Below the pieces are notes generated by a model. The model was not told where the DNA came from and did not search any database. It saw only the letters and a list, made by a program, of their open reading frames with translations. A stretch of 64,000 nucleotides of DNA from Haliotis rubra (Eukaryota): assembly GCF_003918875.1 (NCBI RefSeq), contig NW_025766336.1, positions 3,472,001-3,536,000 on the forward strand, written 5' to 3'. The position numbers and the translations under genes were made by a program. Positions 62,418 to 64,000 of this stretch are shown here, one piece after another (positions within the stretch are counted from its first letter, which is position 1; every line of letters starts with the position of its first letter).

Positions 62418-63292
62418 CACTCCTCACAAAAAGTTAAGCAACACACATTTTTAGTCTCATTACATTTTCATTTATTGCAATTGCCAATCATGGAATGATG
62501 CAATAGAAAGGTGAAACGTATGTGCACATGATTAACAAAATGAAATGAAATGGTATTGAGCAATACCAGACTTACAAATCATCAAACGCATCCCCGTGAA
62601 ACAGTCGTTCAAAATGTGCTGCACTAATGGAGCAAAATGTTAACATTAAAGTTCAAGTCAGTTTTGGACAGTGAAGCAGTGTTCAGTCAGTAACGCGTAT
62701 GACCACCATGAGCACGAATGCAAGCTTCTACACGTCTTTGCATTGACCAAATGAACCTTTAAAGTTGCTGTTGTGGAATGTTCTGTCATTCTCTTTGTAA
62801 CGCCAGCTCAAGTTGATCCAGAGTCTGGGGTGAACATGAAGACTGTAAACACGACTTCCAATAATGTCCCAAGCATGTTGAATTGCAGGCCAGTCCGTAT
62901 GTGTGATGTTGTTGATATAAGCAACATCATTGACAACCCTTTCTCAGGCATTATCATCCATGGACGGGCATTATCATCCATAGAAATGAAGTTAGGACCT
63001 GCTTGTTGTACCAGAGGAATGATTACAGGTGGTTTACAGGTAGGTTTTAACCGATCAGAGTGCATGTGTGAAGTGTGGAACACGTGCATGCCACAGATTT
63101 TGCATGTTGTTTCTGAGGGTGGTTGTGTTCGGGTGATGTAATCACTGTTATCAGATAAATCAATTGACAGTCACTAAAGGTTATGCATTCTTCTAATATT
63201 TACCTTTCAGTAACCTTTTAGGCAAACATCGCTATCGAGATTGATAAAGATATTACACTGAAAATACTTGTTTAATTTTTTTGTGAGGAGTA
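62418..63292 (-). mobile_element. Internally deleted Tc1 element nested in the Harbinger
   Basis: TIRs (C/T)ACTCCTCACAAAAA flanked by TA; transposase remnants MDDNARP, IQHAWD, MQRRVEACIRAHGGHTRY*. Confidence 0.88.
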
Positions 63293-64000
63293 TAGTTCTT
63301 ACTTGCTTCGGCGTGTACTTGTGGGATTCGTGACAGATTCGTAGCTGATTCGTGGTCAAGCCACGAATTGACGAATCCACGAATGAGTTAAAAATACCTA
63401 CGAATCGATTACGATTCGGTTACGATGCCTAAGAATGCACTGCGAATTTGTTACGAATTAACTACGATTATTTTTTTATTTTTCGGCATTTCGTGGCCAA
63501 AATTTTGAACAGTTCAATTGCTCAAGAACTGACTACGACTATATTACGAATTAGTTAGGAACTTCACGAAATGATTACGATTCATCTACGAATCCTCAAA
63601 TTTGTCAATTCGTGGCGATTCGTGGGATTCGTGGTCTGTGTGGAATAGGGCTTAAACCCGACGTCTTCCATCTGTACTCAGAAGAAAAAAGGGCTAAACA
63701 AAACACGCCTCCATCGCTGTTGTGGCCATACCCTGTGTCCTTGACATCGTTGACGATGGTCAATCAATCAGAATGACGCCTCCACCTGCGCGACTACCTG
63801 CGGCGCGTAGATGGTTCCTGAAATATCGCTGTAGCTGAAGAGGTGGTGAGTCTTGAGAGCTTGACGACACGTGGAAAGCAGGACACGTGGAACGACACGT
63901 CTTAAACTAAGTCGCATGTTTGCAGTCGGACGATAGCGTTGTTGAGCTAAGTTTCTGTCAGTCATGGCGTGTTTCACTTTTCACTTTCTGTACAATTGTG

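Larger units (their letters stand above)
54898..63652 (+). mobile_element. PIF/Harbinger DNA transposon, disrupted, with the left terminus partly deleted
   Basis: Inverted match CCACGAATTGA(T/C)AAATTTGAGGATTCGT at ~54900 and ~63588-63615. The right end ...GGAATAGGGCT is followed by TAA. Many subterminal (C)ACGAAT repeats. Contains a HARBI1-like transposase. Confidence 0.85.
53907..64000 (-). mobile_element. Decayed Tc1/mariner transposon split by later insertions (pieces 53907-54893 and ~63653 to the window end)
   Basis: TA + TACTCTGCCAAAAAAGAAACG end at 53905. Minus-strand motifs occur in canonical order across the gap: RNHLRAAG..WRRVLFS..DGRRRV (right piece), then RRRERY..GGSIVM..RTDLRHVQGNCTA..LQPHVLP..WPSRSPDLNPI..SRGGHTRY* (left piece). 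Confidence 0.8.

Overview
This is AT-rich, repeat-dense eukaryotic DNA with spliceosomal GT-AG introns. The SINE and LINE families point to a mollusc, probably a gastropod such as abalone (inference). Four intact protein genes were reconstructed by hand with phase-consistent exons. (1) An unnamed 429-aa gene with a C-terminal RRM (minus strand, 31004-34342) lies head-to-head with (2) COX19 (plus, 34884-37776). (3) TEFM (minus, 44590-48442) is divergent from (4) a two-exon GT10 alpha-1,3-fucosyltransferase (plus, 50178-52832). The first 30 kb is mostly transposon debris: RTE-X/CR1-, L2- and Penelope-like remnants, Tc1 relics, MITEs, minisatellites and a probable decayed GPCR. The last 10 kb is a nested stack. 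A Tc1 element is split by a PIF/Harbinger element, which carries a full-length RNase H-type LINE, a LINE tail and a second Tc1. The most unusual signal is a ~245-bp retroposon family (more than 10 copies) with no tRNA head. Its copies share a fixed 5' end and a predicted pseudoknotted head, and they share the 3' tail of the local tRNA-Asp SINE. All calls were made by eye; no searches or folding programs were run.
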